From assembly GCF_963921235.1 (NCBI RefSeq), contig NC_086108.1:37326001-37390000 (forward strand): a stretch of 64,000 nucleotides of DNA. Reading direction: 5' to 3'. Made by a program: the position numbers and the translations under genes. Positions within the stretch are counted from its first letter, which is position 1, and each line of letters opens with the position of its first letter. Below the pieces are notes generated by a model. It was given only the letters and a program-made list of their open reading frames with translations. It was not told where the DNA came from and searched no databases. Source of the DNA: Mobula hypostoma (lineage: Eukaryota). Positions 23,564 through 36,354 of the stretch are shown here, piece after piece.

Positions 23564-23699
23564 ACTGGATGTGGTCCCACTGACCCTTCAGGAATAAGGT
23601 CTTTTGCTTTTGGGAGTTCCTTGGTACATTGCTGGGAACGTCTCCTCCAGAGACACCAGGCCATTTCCTCACCGGGTCCCCTCTAAGTTTTCCCAACCA

Positions 23700-24790
23700 C
23701 TCTCCCTGCTGAGGTACCCGAGGGCTCACGCTCCTTCTGGTGTGACACCTGCTGCCAGCAGCCCTCCGCATTGTTCGTCCCCTTGGGGAATCCACCCCCC
23801 CATCAGCTCCACCATATGGGGGGGGGGGTCACACCCACTGATAACAGCTGACGTATCTCCGTTCTTAACTCTGCCGCAATCTCTTCTACCACTCCCCAGC
23901 GTAGACTATTTGTGGTCACTTCACCGCAGGGGAATACTACTGAGGACTGTACCCTGCTGACTGAGTCCTCCCACGTCTCCGCCATGTTCTCCTCTTCCCG
24001 TACCTCTCTGATCAGCTCAACAAAAGATGGAAGGGCATATCTTACGAGACTGTCGGAGACCCTACGCAATCCAGTCATGGGATTGGACACCTCTAGCTAT
24101 CTGGTCCATTCTTAACTGATCCACCTCAGCCGCTTGAATGACCTCTCCGCGCTGCAAGTAATTTAGCTGCCTCTCTAGCCGAAAAATAAAAGCAGAAAGC
24201 TTTTCCCCCTTCTCCTGACATATGTTCTGAAACCCCACCATGAGCTCCAGTGGGGTTCCAGCCGGACCAAACGCATTGTCCAGTGCTTGCGGATAATTTA
24301 ACCTGACAGTTCTGACAATGTCAGCGGCCCTCCCATTCAAACTTTCAACCAATCTCTGTCGCTTTTCAACATCCGAGCACTGCCACTCATCTAACAACTG
24401 CCTATTCTCTGGAATAACGCCCACGTCTCACACGCCTCCTCCCCTTTACGGGTGGGCATTATTCCAGACAATAAGCAGTGCTTGCCATAGCTGGGACTTT
24501 GAATCTGATTTTTCCATTTATTCGCCAGAGAAGTAAGGGCGGATACTACTTCAGAATTCTTACTCTTCACCGGGGTCATGGACTAATTGGACATTCCAAA
24601 TCTGACCACTCTTTCCCCTCACTCCTCAGAAATGAGAGGACCCTGTCTTTGAAATCTCTGCCCCCAGCTACCTCAGTGCTGGTCTGCATTAAAATGAGAG
24701 CTGTGTCCGCCATTTTTATCAAACCTCCGTTCACAATTGCAACCTTAACAGTCATTAACAATTAACAATTCATCCGGAGAACAAATATCT
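23700..24790 (-). pseudogene. Gypsy gag, PNMA/Ma-like capsid, frameshifted
   Basis: LLDEWQCSDVEKRQRLVESLNGRAADIV...ALDNAFG...QEKGEKLSAFIFRLERQL and PSFVELIREVREEE resemble the PNMA-type capsid. Confidence 0.8.
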
Positions 24791-24840
24791 GCCCCACTGG
24801 TTCATTGCTCAGGGTAATCACACAGCATCCAATGGAATCA

Positions 24841-24859
24841 ATCCCGAATGTAGCCCTCA
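24841..24859 (-). promoter_or_regulatory. Degenerate primer-binding site, tRNA-Pro-like
   Basis: tgagggctacattcgggat, 4 nt after the LTR end, resembles TGGGGGCTCGTCCGGGAT with CpG decay and one extra base. Confidence 0.5.
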
Positions 24860-24863
24860 CAAT

Positions 24864-25389
24864 TGTAACACTCACTTCGCCTAGCGGCTTAATATAGGGG
24901 GTGATAACGCCCTGCCCGGACAAACTTAAGAAATCTCGTTTGGCTGGATGCTGCGCGATGTGTCCCCTTTTACAAATCAGTACCCCGAAATAACAAACAG
25001 TACAGAATATGCAATTAAACAATTAAGCTTTATAACTCTTACTTTGAATATATGGTTAGTAGAGAAACAAAATATAAAAGAAAAAGGGCCCAAATCATAA
25101 GATTTAATAATAAACAGTCTGTGCACAAAGTTGAAGCTCACGGTTTCTCCTTCGCCAATCCTCTTTCGATCGCCGCTGCATCTCAGACCCTGTTCGCATC
25201 TTCTCTCTTCATCTCTCTTAGACAAAAGACCGTGAAAAACCTTGCTCCCAGACACAGAAGAAAGAACAACATTTCCTCATTGGCTAATCCCTGTATTCCA
25301 AAGCCCTGTTATCTCTAGCCAAAACCCAAACATTGCTGCTACAGAGAAACCATTACCGCAGCAGTGAACATTACAGAGAAGCTATTACA
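24864..25389 (-). repeat. 5' LTR of the Gypsy element
   Basis: Minus-strand termini tgtaatagc...gtgttaca; the terminal ~119 bp is repeated at 19772-19890. Confidence 0.85.
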
Positions 25390-26694
25390 CATATATTCAA
25401 TTTTGCAAACCTGAAATCCTTGGCATTACTCAAGGACCTTTGTTTCAAAACACAGAACGTAATAGAAATAAAGTACAAAGAGATAGAAAATTCTTTAGCC
25501 AATTATTAGGAGAGTGGTAATTCAAGACCAGAACACCACAAACCCTTTGTTCTTGGTGATATCAAATTGTTGTGTTTCCTCAGTTCTGTGACCACTATAA
25601 GCTACATCCTTTTTGAGTAAAGCTGTGTAGAGTCTTCATTCCCCACTACTACCTGGGTTACAAAAGCATCAGCAAGCAGGGACTATTATTTCAGGAAGAC
25701 CCTCTCCAAAACTTCCTTATATGATACTCACTTTCCTAACATCAATCCCTTCTAACCTTCTGCTTCCTCCAGTATTGATCCTTGCTGATGAATATTCCTG
25801 AAATATCTATCACACTTCCTTTCTGTATTAGAAATTTCCTCTGTTAAAAAAATGCAATGTAAATACAAGGCCGTGCTGCTAATTCCATTGGTGCAAGCTT
25901 GGCTTGCAATGTAATATAAACAAAAGGACAGATTGACAGATTACGCTTTTGATTTTGCTTTATCCCTAGGTCCATAGAAGAATGCATAAGAAGATTCATT
26001 GGCAGGAATGAGAGCAGCTTCAATTCATTGAGGGATATCTTCCTGATGTATTTGTGAAAACACGACTCTGACCCAAATAAGATGGGGGTACATTCAGGGA
26101 AGGAAATAAAGGGATTGTTGAGAATTGCTGTGTACTTTGCTTAATGGTATTTTTGAGCTTCTTTCCATCTCATGTTTGAAAACATCACAAGCTATTATGT
26201 TACTGGGTGAATGAATGTTAAATGTTGTCCTTCACCAGTGTTGCAGTCATTCCAGCCATGACTAATACTAAAAAAACTACTGATATCAGTGAATGGTTAT
26301 GGATATATTGTACATTTTGTCAAATTAATTGTAAACCACTGCCAAGCTAAACTCAGAGAAACTGAGTATAAGAGTTTCAAGTATTTAATCTGATAAATTT
26401 GAGCAAGACACTGTATTTGTGTTAAACATTTGTAGAGGTTTAAGACAGTATTGGGACTGAGCATAAGTTGACTGAATTATTATATTTTTGTAATTACATA
26501 TTGGGTCCATTGATTGTAAAAGTTATGGAATTATGTGGAAGAGGTGATGGTAATATTTAAACACACCATATTAAAGTTGGTAACATAGGAGTGGATATAA
26601 TGGAACTAATGATATATCATGGCTCTTACCTTAACTCTGACCCAAGGGCTAGTTTTAAATAACCTAAGACCTGGTGTTAGCTGAGGATTTTCAC

Positions 26695-29575
26695 TCAGTT
26701 CGGATTGGCAACAGCATCTCCTCCACAATCACCTTTAGCACAGGTGCACCACAAGGCTGTCTGCTTAGCACCCTGCTCTACTCACTTTGCATTTAACCCT
26801 TGCAGTCATAAATACAATCTAATGCAATTGTTAAGTTTGCTGTTGACACAGTTGTTGTGGGTCGAATCAAAGTTTGTGATGAGTGAGCATATGGGAGAGG
26901 AGTTGAGAATCTGGCTGAATGGAGCCACAACAACAAACTGTCGCTCAATGACAGTAGAACCAAAGAGCTGATTATTGACTACAGGAGGAGGAAGCTGGAG
27001 GTCTATAAGCCAGTCCTCATCAGGTGATCAAAGTTGGAGAGAGTCATCAAATTTAAATTCCTTGGTGTTATCATTTCAGAGGATGTGTCCTTGGTCCAGC
27101 ACCTAAGTGCCATTACAAATAAGTACAACCGTGCCACTACTTAAAAGTCTGTACAATTTCAGCATGTCATCTAAAAGTTTGACAAACTTCTATAGATGCG
27201 TGGTGGAGAGTGTACAGACTGGTTGCATTATGGGCTGTTTGTAGAAACACCAATGACCTTGAATGGAAAATCCTACGAAAAGTAGTGGATACCGCCCAGT
27301 GCATCACAGTTAGAGACCTACACAACTCTGAACACATCTACAAGGAGCACTAATGCAGGAAAGCAGCATCCATCATCAAGGGCCTCCTCCATTCAGGTCA
27401 TGCTCCCTTTTAGCTGCTGCCATCAGGAAAGAGTACAGGAACCTCGAGTGCAACACCCCCAGTTACAGAAGCGGTTACAATCCCTCGACCATCAGGCTCT
27501 TGACCCAGAGGGGTATTACCTGTTCATCACTCACTCCAACACCGAACTAATTCCACAATCTATGGAGTGACTTTGAAGGATTTTACAACACATGTTCTTG
27601 ATATTTGTTGCCTATTTAATATTATTTTCTTCCTTTTTTGTTTTTGTACCATCTGTTGTCTTTTGCACGTTGGCTATTTGCCTGTCTCTGTCTTGTGTGT
27701 CTTTCCATTGATCAGAATCAGAATCAGGTTTATTATCACAGGCATGTGATGTGACATTTGTTAACTTAGCAGCAGAAGTTCAATGCAATACATAATCTAG
27801 CAGAGAGAGAGAGAAAAATAAAATATAATAATGAATAAAGTAAATCAATTGCATATATTGAATAGATTGTTTAAAAACCTGCAAAACAGAAATACTGTAT
27901 ATTAAAAAAGTGAGGTGGTGTCCAAGGGTTCAATGTCTATTTAGGAATCGGATGGCAGAGGAGAAGAAGCTGTTCCTGAATCGCTGAGTGTATGCCTTCA
28001 GGCTTCTGTACCTCCTAACAGTGAGAAAAGGGCATGCCCTGGGTGCTGGAGGTCTTTAATAATGGACGCTGCCTTTCTGAGACACCGCTCCCTAAAGATG
28101 TCCTGGGTACTTTGTAGGCTAGTGCCCAAGATGGAGCTGACTAGATTTACAACATTCTGCAGCTTCTTTCGGTCCTGTTCGGTAGCCCCTCCATACCAGA
28201 CAGTGATGCAGCCTGTCAGAGTGCTCTCCACAGTACAGCTATAGAAGTTTTTGAGTGTATTTGTTGACATGCTAAATCTCTTCAAACTCCTAATGAAGTA
28301 TAGCCATTGTCTTGCCTTCTTTATGACTACATCGATATGTTGGGACCAGGTTAGATCCTCAGAGATCTTGACACCGAGGTACTTGAAGCTGCTCACTCTC
28401 TCCACTTCTGATCCCTCTGTCAGGATTGGTATGTGTTTCTTCGTCTTACCCCTCCTGAAGTCCGCAATCAGTTCTCTTGTGTTACTGACGTTGAGTGCCA
28501 GGTTGTTGCTGTGGCACCATTCCACTAGCTGGCATATCTCACTCCTGTATGCCTTCTCGCCACCACCTGAGATTCTATCAACACGTCAGCAAATTCGTAG
28601 ATGATTTTTGAGCTATGCCTAGCCACACAGTCGTGTATATAGAGAGTAGAGCAGTGGGCTAAGCACACATCCCTGAGGTACGCCAGTGTTGATCGTCAGG
28701 GAAGAGCATATGTTATCACCAATCCACACAGACTGTGGTTTTCCAGTTAGGAAGTCGAGGATCCAATTACAGAGGGAGGTACAGAGGCCCAGGTTCTGTA
28801 ACTTCTCAATCAGGATTGTGGGAATGATGGTATTAAATGCTGAGCTATAGTCAATGAACAGCATCCTGACTTACTGTAGGTGTTTGTGTTGTCTAGGTGG
28901 TCTAAAGCCATGTGAAGAGCAATGGAGATTGCATCTGCTGTTGACCTATTGTGGTGATAGGCAAATTGCAATGGATCCAGGTCCTTGCTGAGGCAGGAGA
29001 TCAGTCTAGTCATAACCAACCTCTGAAAGCATTTCTTCACTGTCGATGTGAGTGCTACCGGGCGATAATCATTAAGGCAGCCCACATCATTCTTCTTTGG
29101 TACTGGTATAATTGTTGCCTTTTTGAATCAAGTGGGAACTTCTACCCGTAGCAGTGAGAGGTTGAAAATGTCCTTGAATACTTCCGCTAGTTGGTTTGCC
29201 AGGTTTTCAGAGCCTTGCCAGGTACTCCATCGGGACCTTCTGCCTTGTGAGGGTTCACTCCCTTTAAAGACAGTCTAACCTCGGCCTCTGAGACGGAGAT
29301 CACAGGGTCATCAGGTGCAGCAGGGATCTTCACAGCTGTAGTTGTGTTCTCCCTTTCAAAGCGTGCATAGAAGGCATTGAGTTCATCTGGTAGTGAAGCA
29401 TCGCTGCCATTCATACTATTGGGTTTCATTTTGTAGGAAGTAATGTCTTGTAGTCCCTGCCAGGGTTACCGTTCTGTTGTTTCTTTGTATTTACTGTGAA
29501 TGCCGACAGGAAAATGCATCTCAGGGCAGTATATGGTGACATATATGTACTTTGGTAATATATTTATTTTAAATG
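26695..29575 (+). mobile_element. Rex1/Babar-like LINE 3' half, with a younger copy nested in its 3' UTR
   Basis: STGAPQGCLLS and KFKFLGVIISED motifs at 26700-27500; 3' UTR breaks at about 27710 and resumes at about 29470. Confidence 0.8.
27711..29466 (-). mobile_element. Rex1/Babar-like LINE, 5'-truncated, relatively young
   Basis: ORFs with [64 protein letters not shown]; (tgattc)n tail at 27711-27727. Confidence 0.92.
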
Positions 29576-30412
29576 TAATCATGGTGAGGCCAATAATGCC
29601 AACTCATTGGATTGTTGAATAAAAGGTGGATGTATTAATGATGGTGATTACTATTATTAGGAATTTCCTTAGCCCAAATTATTAGTACTAATAGTAAACT
29701 AGAAGTTACTGCATCAAGGTGAGGTGAGGTGCAGTGGTTCCTGAATATTGGTAAGTTTTCCCAGGAAGCAGTCTGAATTTCCAGTCACAAAACACACTCA
29801 GCAAGCCAGGTAGCGCCTGTGGACAGAAAAATAAAATCGCTATTTCAGGCTGATTTGTTTTTATCACAATCTAGTCATCAGCCTTGTTGTATAATCTCTC
29901 AATTTTGATTAAAGGCAAAAATCATTCTCCAAATTTGACTTCCAACAACTGACTTGCAATAGAGTTAAAAAGCTTCCAACCCTGAAATTGTTTTAACTTA
30001 GTCCATGTATTCTGGATACCAAACAAGAGCACAACAGGATCACTTCAATCTCCGAAACAAGGTTTTAATTTGCAATTGATAGAAATGTTATCATTAATCT
30101 TTACAAATAAAAACATAGCACTTGTGGATCCATTGTGGTGTCAGAGTACTCATTTTGCAACCTAGCAGTAGTCATGATCTATTTATCTTGTGTCTGTCTT
30201 TATGCTGCCTTCATTCCCATCAGATCCTAGACTTACTTCTGGATGACAAGAGTGTTTTGCTTCAAACCTGGCTGAAGACTCCTGTCAGGATCTGTGTAAT
30301 GTTACAAAGCAAAAGTTCATCAAGTAGACATTTAGTGAGCTCAAGCAAAGCTAACAGTGCCGAGATTAATCAGGGGTTGTTCTGAATGTGTGCATGGTGA
30401 ATAACCTCGTCA

Positions 30413-31640
30413 TTGTGTGAGACCAGCCTTGCACAGTCTCCTCAGTACTAATCAGCAAGCTTCAAAACCTGGGCCCCAGGGCCTCTGTACCTCCGTCTGC
30501 AACTGGATCCTTGACTTTCATACTGGGAGACCGTAGTCAGTGCTGTTAGGTAATAGCATCTCACTGTCAATCAACACAGGCCGGCTTAAGGATGCATATT
30601 TACCACCCCCCCCCCCCCCGCCGTTCTGTTGTTGACACGCATGATTATGTGGCTAGGCACAGCTCAAATGCCATCAATAAATTTGCCGGGGATACCACTG
30701 TTGTGGTCGGATTCTCAGAAAATGACAAGTACACGTACAGAAATGAGATACAGTAGATCGGCTGGTTGTGTGCTGTTGCAACAACAAACTCGTACTCAGC
30801 ATAGGATCAGCAAGGAGCTGATCGTGGACTTCAGGAAGGGGAAGTCTGGAGAGCACACACAAGCCCCCATGGTGGAAAGCATGAGCAGCTTCAAGTTCTT
30901 GAGAATCAGCATCTCAGAAGATCTAACCTGGGCCCAATGAAATGCAACCACAAAGAAGACACACTTGTGGCTCTACTTGATTAAGGGTTTGAGGAGATTT
31001 GGTATATCAGCAAACATTTGAGCAAATTTTTACAGATATACAGTAGAGAGCATTCCGACTGGTTGCCTCTGCCTGCTACAGAGGTTCCAGTGCACAGGAT
31101 CAGAAAAGGCTGCTGAAGGTTGCAGACTCAGCTGGCTCCCTCACAGGCATAATGGTCCACATCAACAAAGCTATTTTCAAAAGAAGATGCTTCAAGAAGA
31201 TGGCTTTAATCATTAAGGACTTTCACCATCTGGAGTTAGACCATAAGAGCGGAGGTGCAAGAGCCTGAAGACCTAAACTCAATTTCTTCCCCTCCAGCAC
31301 CAAATTTCTGAACGGTCTGAGAACACTAACTAAATATTTATACTTATGTCTGTGAGGCTAAACTCCAATGCCATATTTAAGTTTGTTGATGCCACCACTG
31401 GTATTGGCCAAATCAAGGGTGGTGATGAGTCAGAATGTAAGACGAAGTTTGAAAATCTGTTTAAATGGTGACACAACACCAATCTCTTACTCAATGTCAG
31501 GAAGACCAAGGAACTGATTATTGACTATAGGAAGAGGAAATAGAGGTCCATGAGCCAATACCCATCGGAGGATATGAGGTGGAGAGGTCAGCAACTTTAG
31601 ATTCTCCAGTGTTATCATTTCAGAGGATCTTTACTATGTC
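30413..31640 (+). mobile_element. Two adjacent degenerate Rex1/Babar fragments (about 30413-31330 and 31335-31640)
   Basis: KELIVDFRKGK and SFKFLRISISEDLTWAQ in the first; the KFxDxTT...KTKELIIDYR segment recurs in the second. Confidence 0.75.
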
Positions 31641-34600
31641 CAGTTCTGTGTCTAGATCTGTTGTATTACACGCACTGCAATCGGCAGCAATGTAATTTTA
31701 AGCAACAAACGTTTAAATTGATTTAATCAACTGCAGAACTTCTGAAGGATTTGGTGGACTTAACTCTCAAGCATAGTCATAGTCATAGTCATATTTTATT
31801 GAGCCCGGGGGAAACTAGTTTTCGTTACAGTTGCACCATAAATAATAAATAGTAATAGAACCATAAATAGTTAAATAGTAATATGTAAATTATGAAATAA
31901 GTCCAGGACCAGCCTATTGGCTCAGGGTGTCTGACCCCCAAGGGAGGAGTTGTAAAGTTTGATGGCCACAGGCAGGAAGCATGCAGGTACATCACTTTTA
32001 AGCAGATGAAGGTTTATCGCCATGGCCTGAAGTGAGGCAGGCGTGACGGGAGACTCCAAGCCAGGCTGAAACACAATGGGATAAAAACTCCTGTATTCAG
32101 TGTCTTGTTAGCAAATGTGAAGTCACTGGATAACAAAATTGAAGATCAGAGGGCAAGAATGCTATATCGAAGGGAAATGAGAAATTGTTTGTGTTTTCTA
32201 TGTTTTCTTGAGACGTGGCTTAATCAGAGTACGCCAGATACAGCAATTAGACCTGAAGGCTTCTTGATACATGGGATGGACTGAACTGCTGATTTAGAAA
32301 AGGGAAACGGTGGATGTGTGTGTTTCATGATAAACTCTCTCTGGTGCTCTGATCTGGCAGCTTTGTTGTACTCTTGTTCCTCCAACCTTGAGCACTTAAC
32401 AATCAAATGTCATCCATTCTCCTCCGTGATTCTGGCCACAGTTTATGCATATACCACCAGCAGCCGACTATAATCAAGCGCTTGAGATACTGCATGATGC
32501 CATCACCAAACAAGAAACAGTCCACCCTGATGTATTTCAAATCATAGTTGGGGACGCATTCGGGCTTGTTTGAAGAAATCTCTGCCCGATTACCATCGGT
32601 GTATAATCTGTAGCACTACAGCTCCCAACATACTAGATCACTGCTATATTAAGATAAGGAATGCCTACTGTTCCATGCCCAGACCGCACTTTGGGAAATC
32701 TGATCCCTTGGCTGTCCTTCTACCTGCAGACAGGCAGAGACTAATGAGCAAGGCTCCAGAGATGAGGACAACAAACAGGTGATCATGGGAGGCAGAAGGG
32801 CAGCTGTAGAATTGCTCTGAGTTGGTGGATGGGGCTGTGTTCAAGCAGCCATCTGTGGACCTGAATGAATACACCACGGTTGTCATGGACTTCATTAAAA
32901 TGAATGCATCTCCACAAAATCATTCAGCGTTTTCCCCAACCAGAAGCCCTGGATGAACCAGGAGATCCACAACCTGCTGAAGGCCGGATCATAGCATTCA
33001 AGTCTGGCGACCACAAAAGTTACACGAGATCCAGGTGTGATCTCCGGAAAGCCATCTCATGGGCAAAGTGACAATTCTGGATTAAATTTGAATCAATGAA
33101 GGATGCTCAACAGCTGTGGCAGGGCTTGAAGGCTATTACCTCTTACAAAGTGAAACCAAGTGACAGTGATGACCACAGAGCTTCGCTTCCAGATGAGCTC
33201 AATGCCTTCTCTGCTCGCTTTGACCATCAAATCATGGAGGAACCATCACAAGCTCCCACAGCCCCCATTGATCCTGTGATTTCAGTCTCTGAGACCCGTG
33301 TTTGAGGATCCTTCAGGAGGGTAAACCCATGGAAAGCATCCGGCCCCAGCTGGTGTACCTGGCCCAGTACTAAAGACCTGTGCTGATCAACTGGCTAGAG
33401 TGTTCACTGAGATCTTCAACCTCTCGCTTTGGCCGTCTGAGGTAGTCACCTGCTTTAAGCAGGCTTCAATTATACCAGTGCCTAAGAAGAGCTTGAGGAG
33501 CAATGATTATCGTCCAGTAGCACTTAGATCCAAAGTGATGAAGTGTTTTCAGAGGTCAGTGATGAAACTTCTCTGGCTGAGAAGTGACTTGGATGCACCC
33601 CAGTTTGCCTGCCAGCACAACAGGTCTTTAGCAGATCCTTTTTCATTGGCCCTTCACTCAACCCTGGGTCATCTGGACAGCAAGGGTGCATACGTCAGGA
33701 TGCTCTTTATCAGCTACAGGTTGGCATTCAATAGTATCATTCCCTCAAATATAATCAATAAAATAAGCTTCAAGACCTTGGCCTAAATACCTCCTTCTGC
33801 AATTTGATCCTCGATATTCTCATTTGTAGACCCAGACAGTTCAGATTAGTAACAATATCTCCATCCGCACAGGTGCACCACAAGGCTGTGTGCTTACTCA
33901 CTTTACACCTATGACTGTGTAGCTAAGAACAGTTCCAGTGGCATATTCAAGTCTGCTGATAACATCACCATTGAAAGTTGAATCAGAGGTGGTGATAAGT
34001 CAACATCTAGGAGGTAGATTGAAGATCTGGCTGAGTGGTGCTGCAACAACAATCTCTTACTCAGTGTCACCAAGACCAAGCAGCTGGTTATTGACTACAA
34101 GAAAAGGAAACCAGAGGCTCACGAGCCAGTCCTCATTGGAGGATCAGAGGCAGAGAGGGTCAGCAACTTTAAATTCCTCGGTGTTATTACTTCAGAGGGC
34201 CTGTCCTTGGCTCAGCACGTACACACAGTTATGAAGAAAGCACAGCAGCTCCTCTAATTCCTTAAGAGTTTATGAAGATTCAGCATGACATCTATAACTT
34301 TGACTAACCTCTAGGTGTGATGGAGGGTATATTGATTGGTTGCGTCACAGCAATACCCTTGAACAGAAAATCCTACAAAAAGTAGTGGATATGGCACAGT
34401 CCATCACATGTTAGGCTCTCCCCACTGCTGAGCACGTCAACATGGAGCTTTGTCGCAGGGAAGCAGCATCCATCATCTGAGACCCCCACCAGCCAGGTCA
34501 TGCTCTTTTCTCACTGCTGTCATCAGGAAAAAAAAGATATAGGAGCATCAGAGCTCACACTACCAGGTTCAGGAACAGTTATTACCCTTCAACCATCAGG

Positions 34601-34970
34601 CTCTTGAGCTGGAGAGGAAAACTTCTCTCACCCCAAAATTGAAGTGTTCCCACAATCTATGTACTGACTTTCAAAGACTCTTTGTCTCCTGTTCTTGAAA
34701 TTTATTGTTTATTTGTTATTATTATTATTGTTATTATTTTGTTTGTTGTTTTTGTTTCTTTGGATTTGCTGTGAATACCTGCAAGAAAATGGAACTCAGA
34801 GCTGTATATAGTACTTTGGTGACATATATATACTTTACCTTAAACATTGATATTTCTCTTTTGCAGTATTTGTTTTTGTAAATTGTCATAAGTTTTGTCC
34901 TGCGCAGTACAGTTGCTGCAAAACAACAAATCACATTGCATATGTCAGTGATAATAAACCTGATTATGAT
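31640..34970 (+). mobile_element. Near full-length but decayed Rex1/Babar-like LINE (EN + RT + 3' UTR)
   Basis: EN LLANVKSLDNK (about 32105), LDHCY and PRPHFGKSD; linker SLPDELNAF; RT NDYRPVAL and TGAPQGCVL; tail ataataaacctgattatgattc at about 34970. Confidence 0.85.
31775..31976 (-). mobile_element. Short LINE 3'-end insertion with (gactat)n tail
   Basis: Tail repeats (catagt)3 next to a reverse-strand aataaa; TSD aagcat at 31769-31774 and 31977-31982. Confidence 0.75.
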
Positions 34971-36354
34971 TCATCTCACTAGACAGGATGGAGTTGCATT
35001 AAGTTGTGCTTTATTCTCCTTAAAAGGTGACATTGATATTTGATGTTGGAGCAAAGAGTTGACACGGTGAACTGAGTCACAGCCTCCACTTGCAGAAATA
35101 ATTTGTCATTTTTGACACCCCAAGTGGAAAGATGACACTCTGTTATGTGAAATATTAAAATTAATGGTATCCACTCCTTATGTTGTCTCAATGGCAACCT
35201 TATTAATGGAGCAACAACCATGGTGAGTACTTATTTATTCACAAGGTGCTCAATCATGTGACCTCTATGTTTTGCAGTAGCCCTGGAGTTGAGTTGCAGC
35301 TGGATTTTGCTGGGGGAACAGCTGGGGTAACATAGATAGTGTGTGCCACCTTAACATAACATAGATAGTGTGTGCTACCTTAACTAACCCAACTTCTGAG
35401 CACTCATGTTCCACCTCCGAGTCAATGTAATTATTTTCTCTCATTGACTGTTCTGAAGTCATAACAATTGACCTCTTTTAAGATTCTATGTTAATTAATC
35501 TAAATGTTGATGAAAGTCTCTTCTTGAGGAATCCAAATGGGTTGAGTATGAGGAGAAAAAAAATTGTAAGTAGTAGGGTTTAGGATTACTCCTCCCATGA
35601 GGTGAATGTACGTTTTCAGAGCAAATTTCACCACAACCTACAGCAGACTTAATTCTATCAGTGTGTGAAATATTAGCAATTAATTTCTGCTGAATAATTC
35701 CTATCCTCTAAAAATAATGTAGTCAGCTCATCTACCCTGATTATATGGTTTTGCTCCTTCCCGGTCACAGAGAACTTTTCCAGAGGGCAGTATAAGTAAA
35801 TATTGAAACGGAGATTTGTTAGATGTGAAGGCACTAGCAGGTGGGGAGTGTTCACCACAAGGGAGTTATACTGTTTAAGGAAAGTAGTGGGAATGGGAAA
35901 TCATGTGTATTAGGAAGGAAACAAGTATGATTCTGCTGATATGGAAATTAACTGTGCTGGACTGAAATCTTTAAGTTTCTGTTGGAGTACACAGCTGGCT
36001 CTTTAGCAGTAATCAAACAGAGAAAAAATAACTTTCTCCATTTCCCAGCCCCTTTGCGATGCTCAGTGTGTGGTGAAAGTCAATCAGAGTTTTGAAAATA
36101 GTAGACAGAAAACATTTGTCAGTTTTGTCGCAAGGCTTGAGTATTTCTACAGATAGCATTTCATGCACCCACGTTTGTCCTTCATGTAAGAGAAAAGCAC
36201 CAGGTTGTCCCAGTAATGGGAACCATTGCTCTCCTGTTCAGCAATGCCTCTAACATAAAAATAAACGCATTATTTTTGTTTGTAGCAGTACTCCTTGTTG
36301 CAGTCATCTTTTGCGATTTCTTGGACTTCAGTGTGTCATCTAGTGATTTTTTTA

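Larger units (their letters stand above)
19772..25389 (-). mobile_element. Decayed Ty3/Gypsy LTR retrotransposon with PNMA-like gag; integrase core and most of the 3' LTR deleted
   Basis: Order gag-PR-RT-RNaseH-IN zinc finger on the minus strand; 5' LTR 24864-25389; 19772-19890 duplicates 24864-24982. Confidence 0.95.

Noticed and set aside
35090..35230. Donor atg|gtgagt with an upstream acceptor
   Set aside because: All three frames from the best acceptor contain stops.
35328..35385. Short tandem duplication (taacatagatagtgtgtg twice)
   Set aside because: Ordinary local slippage duplication.
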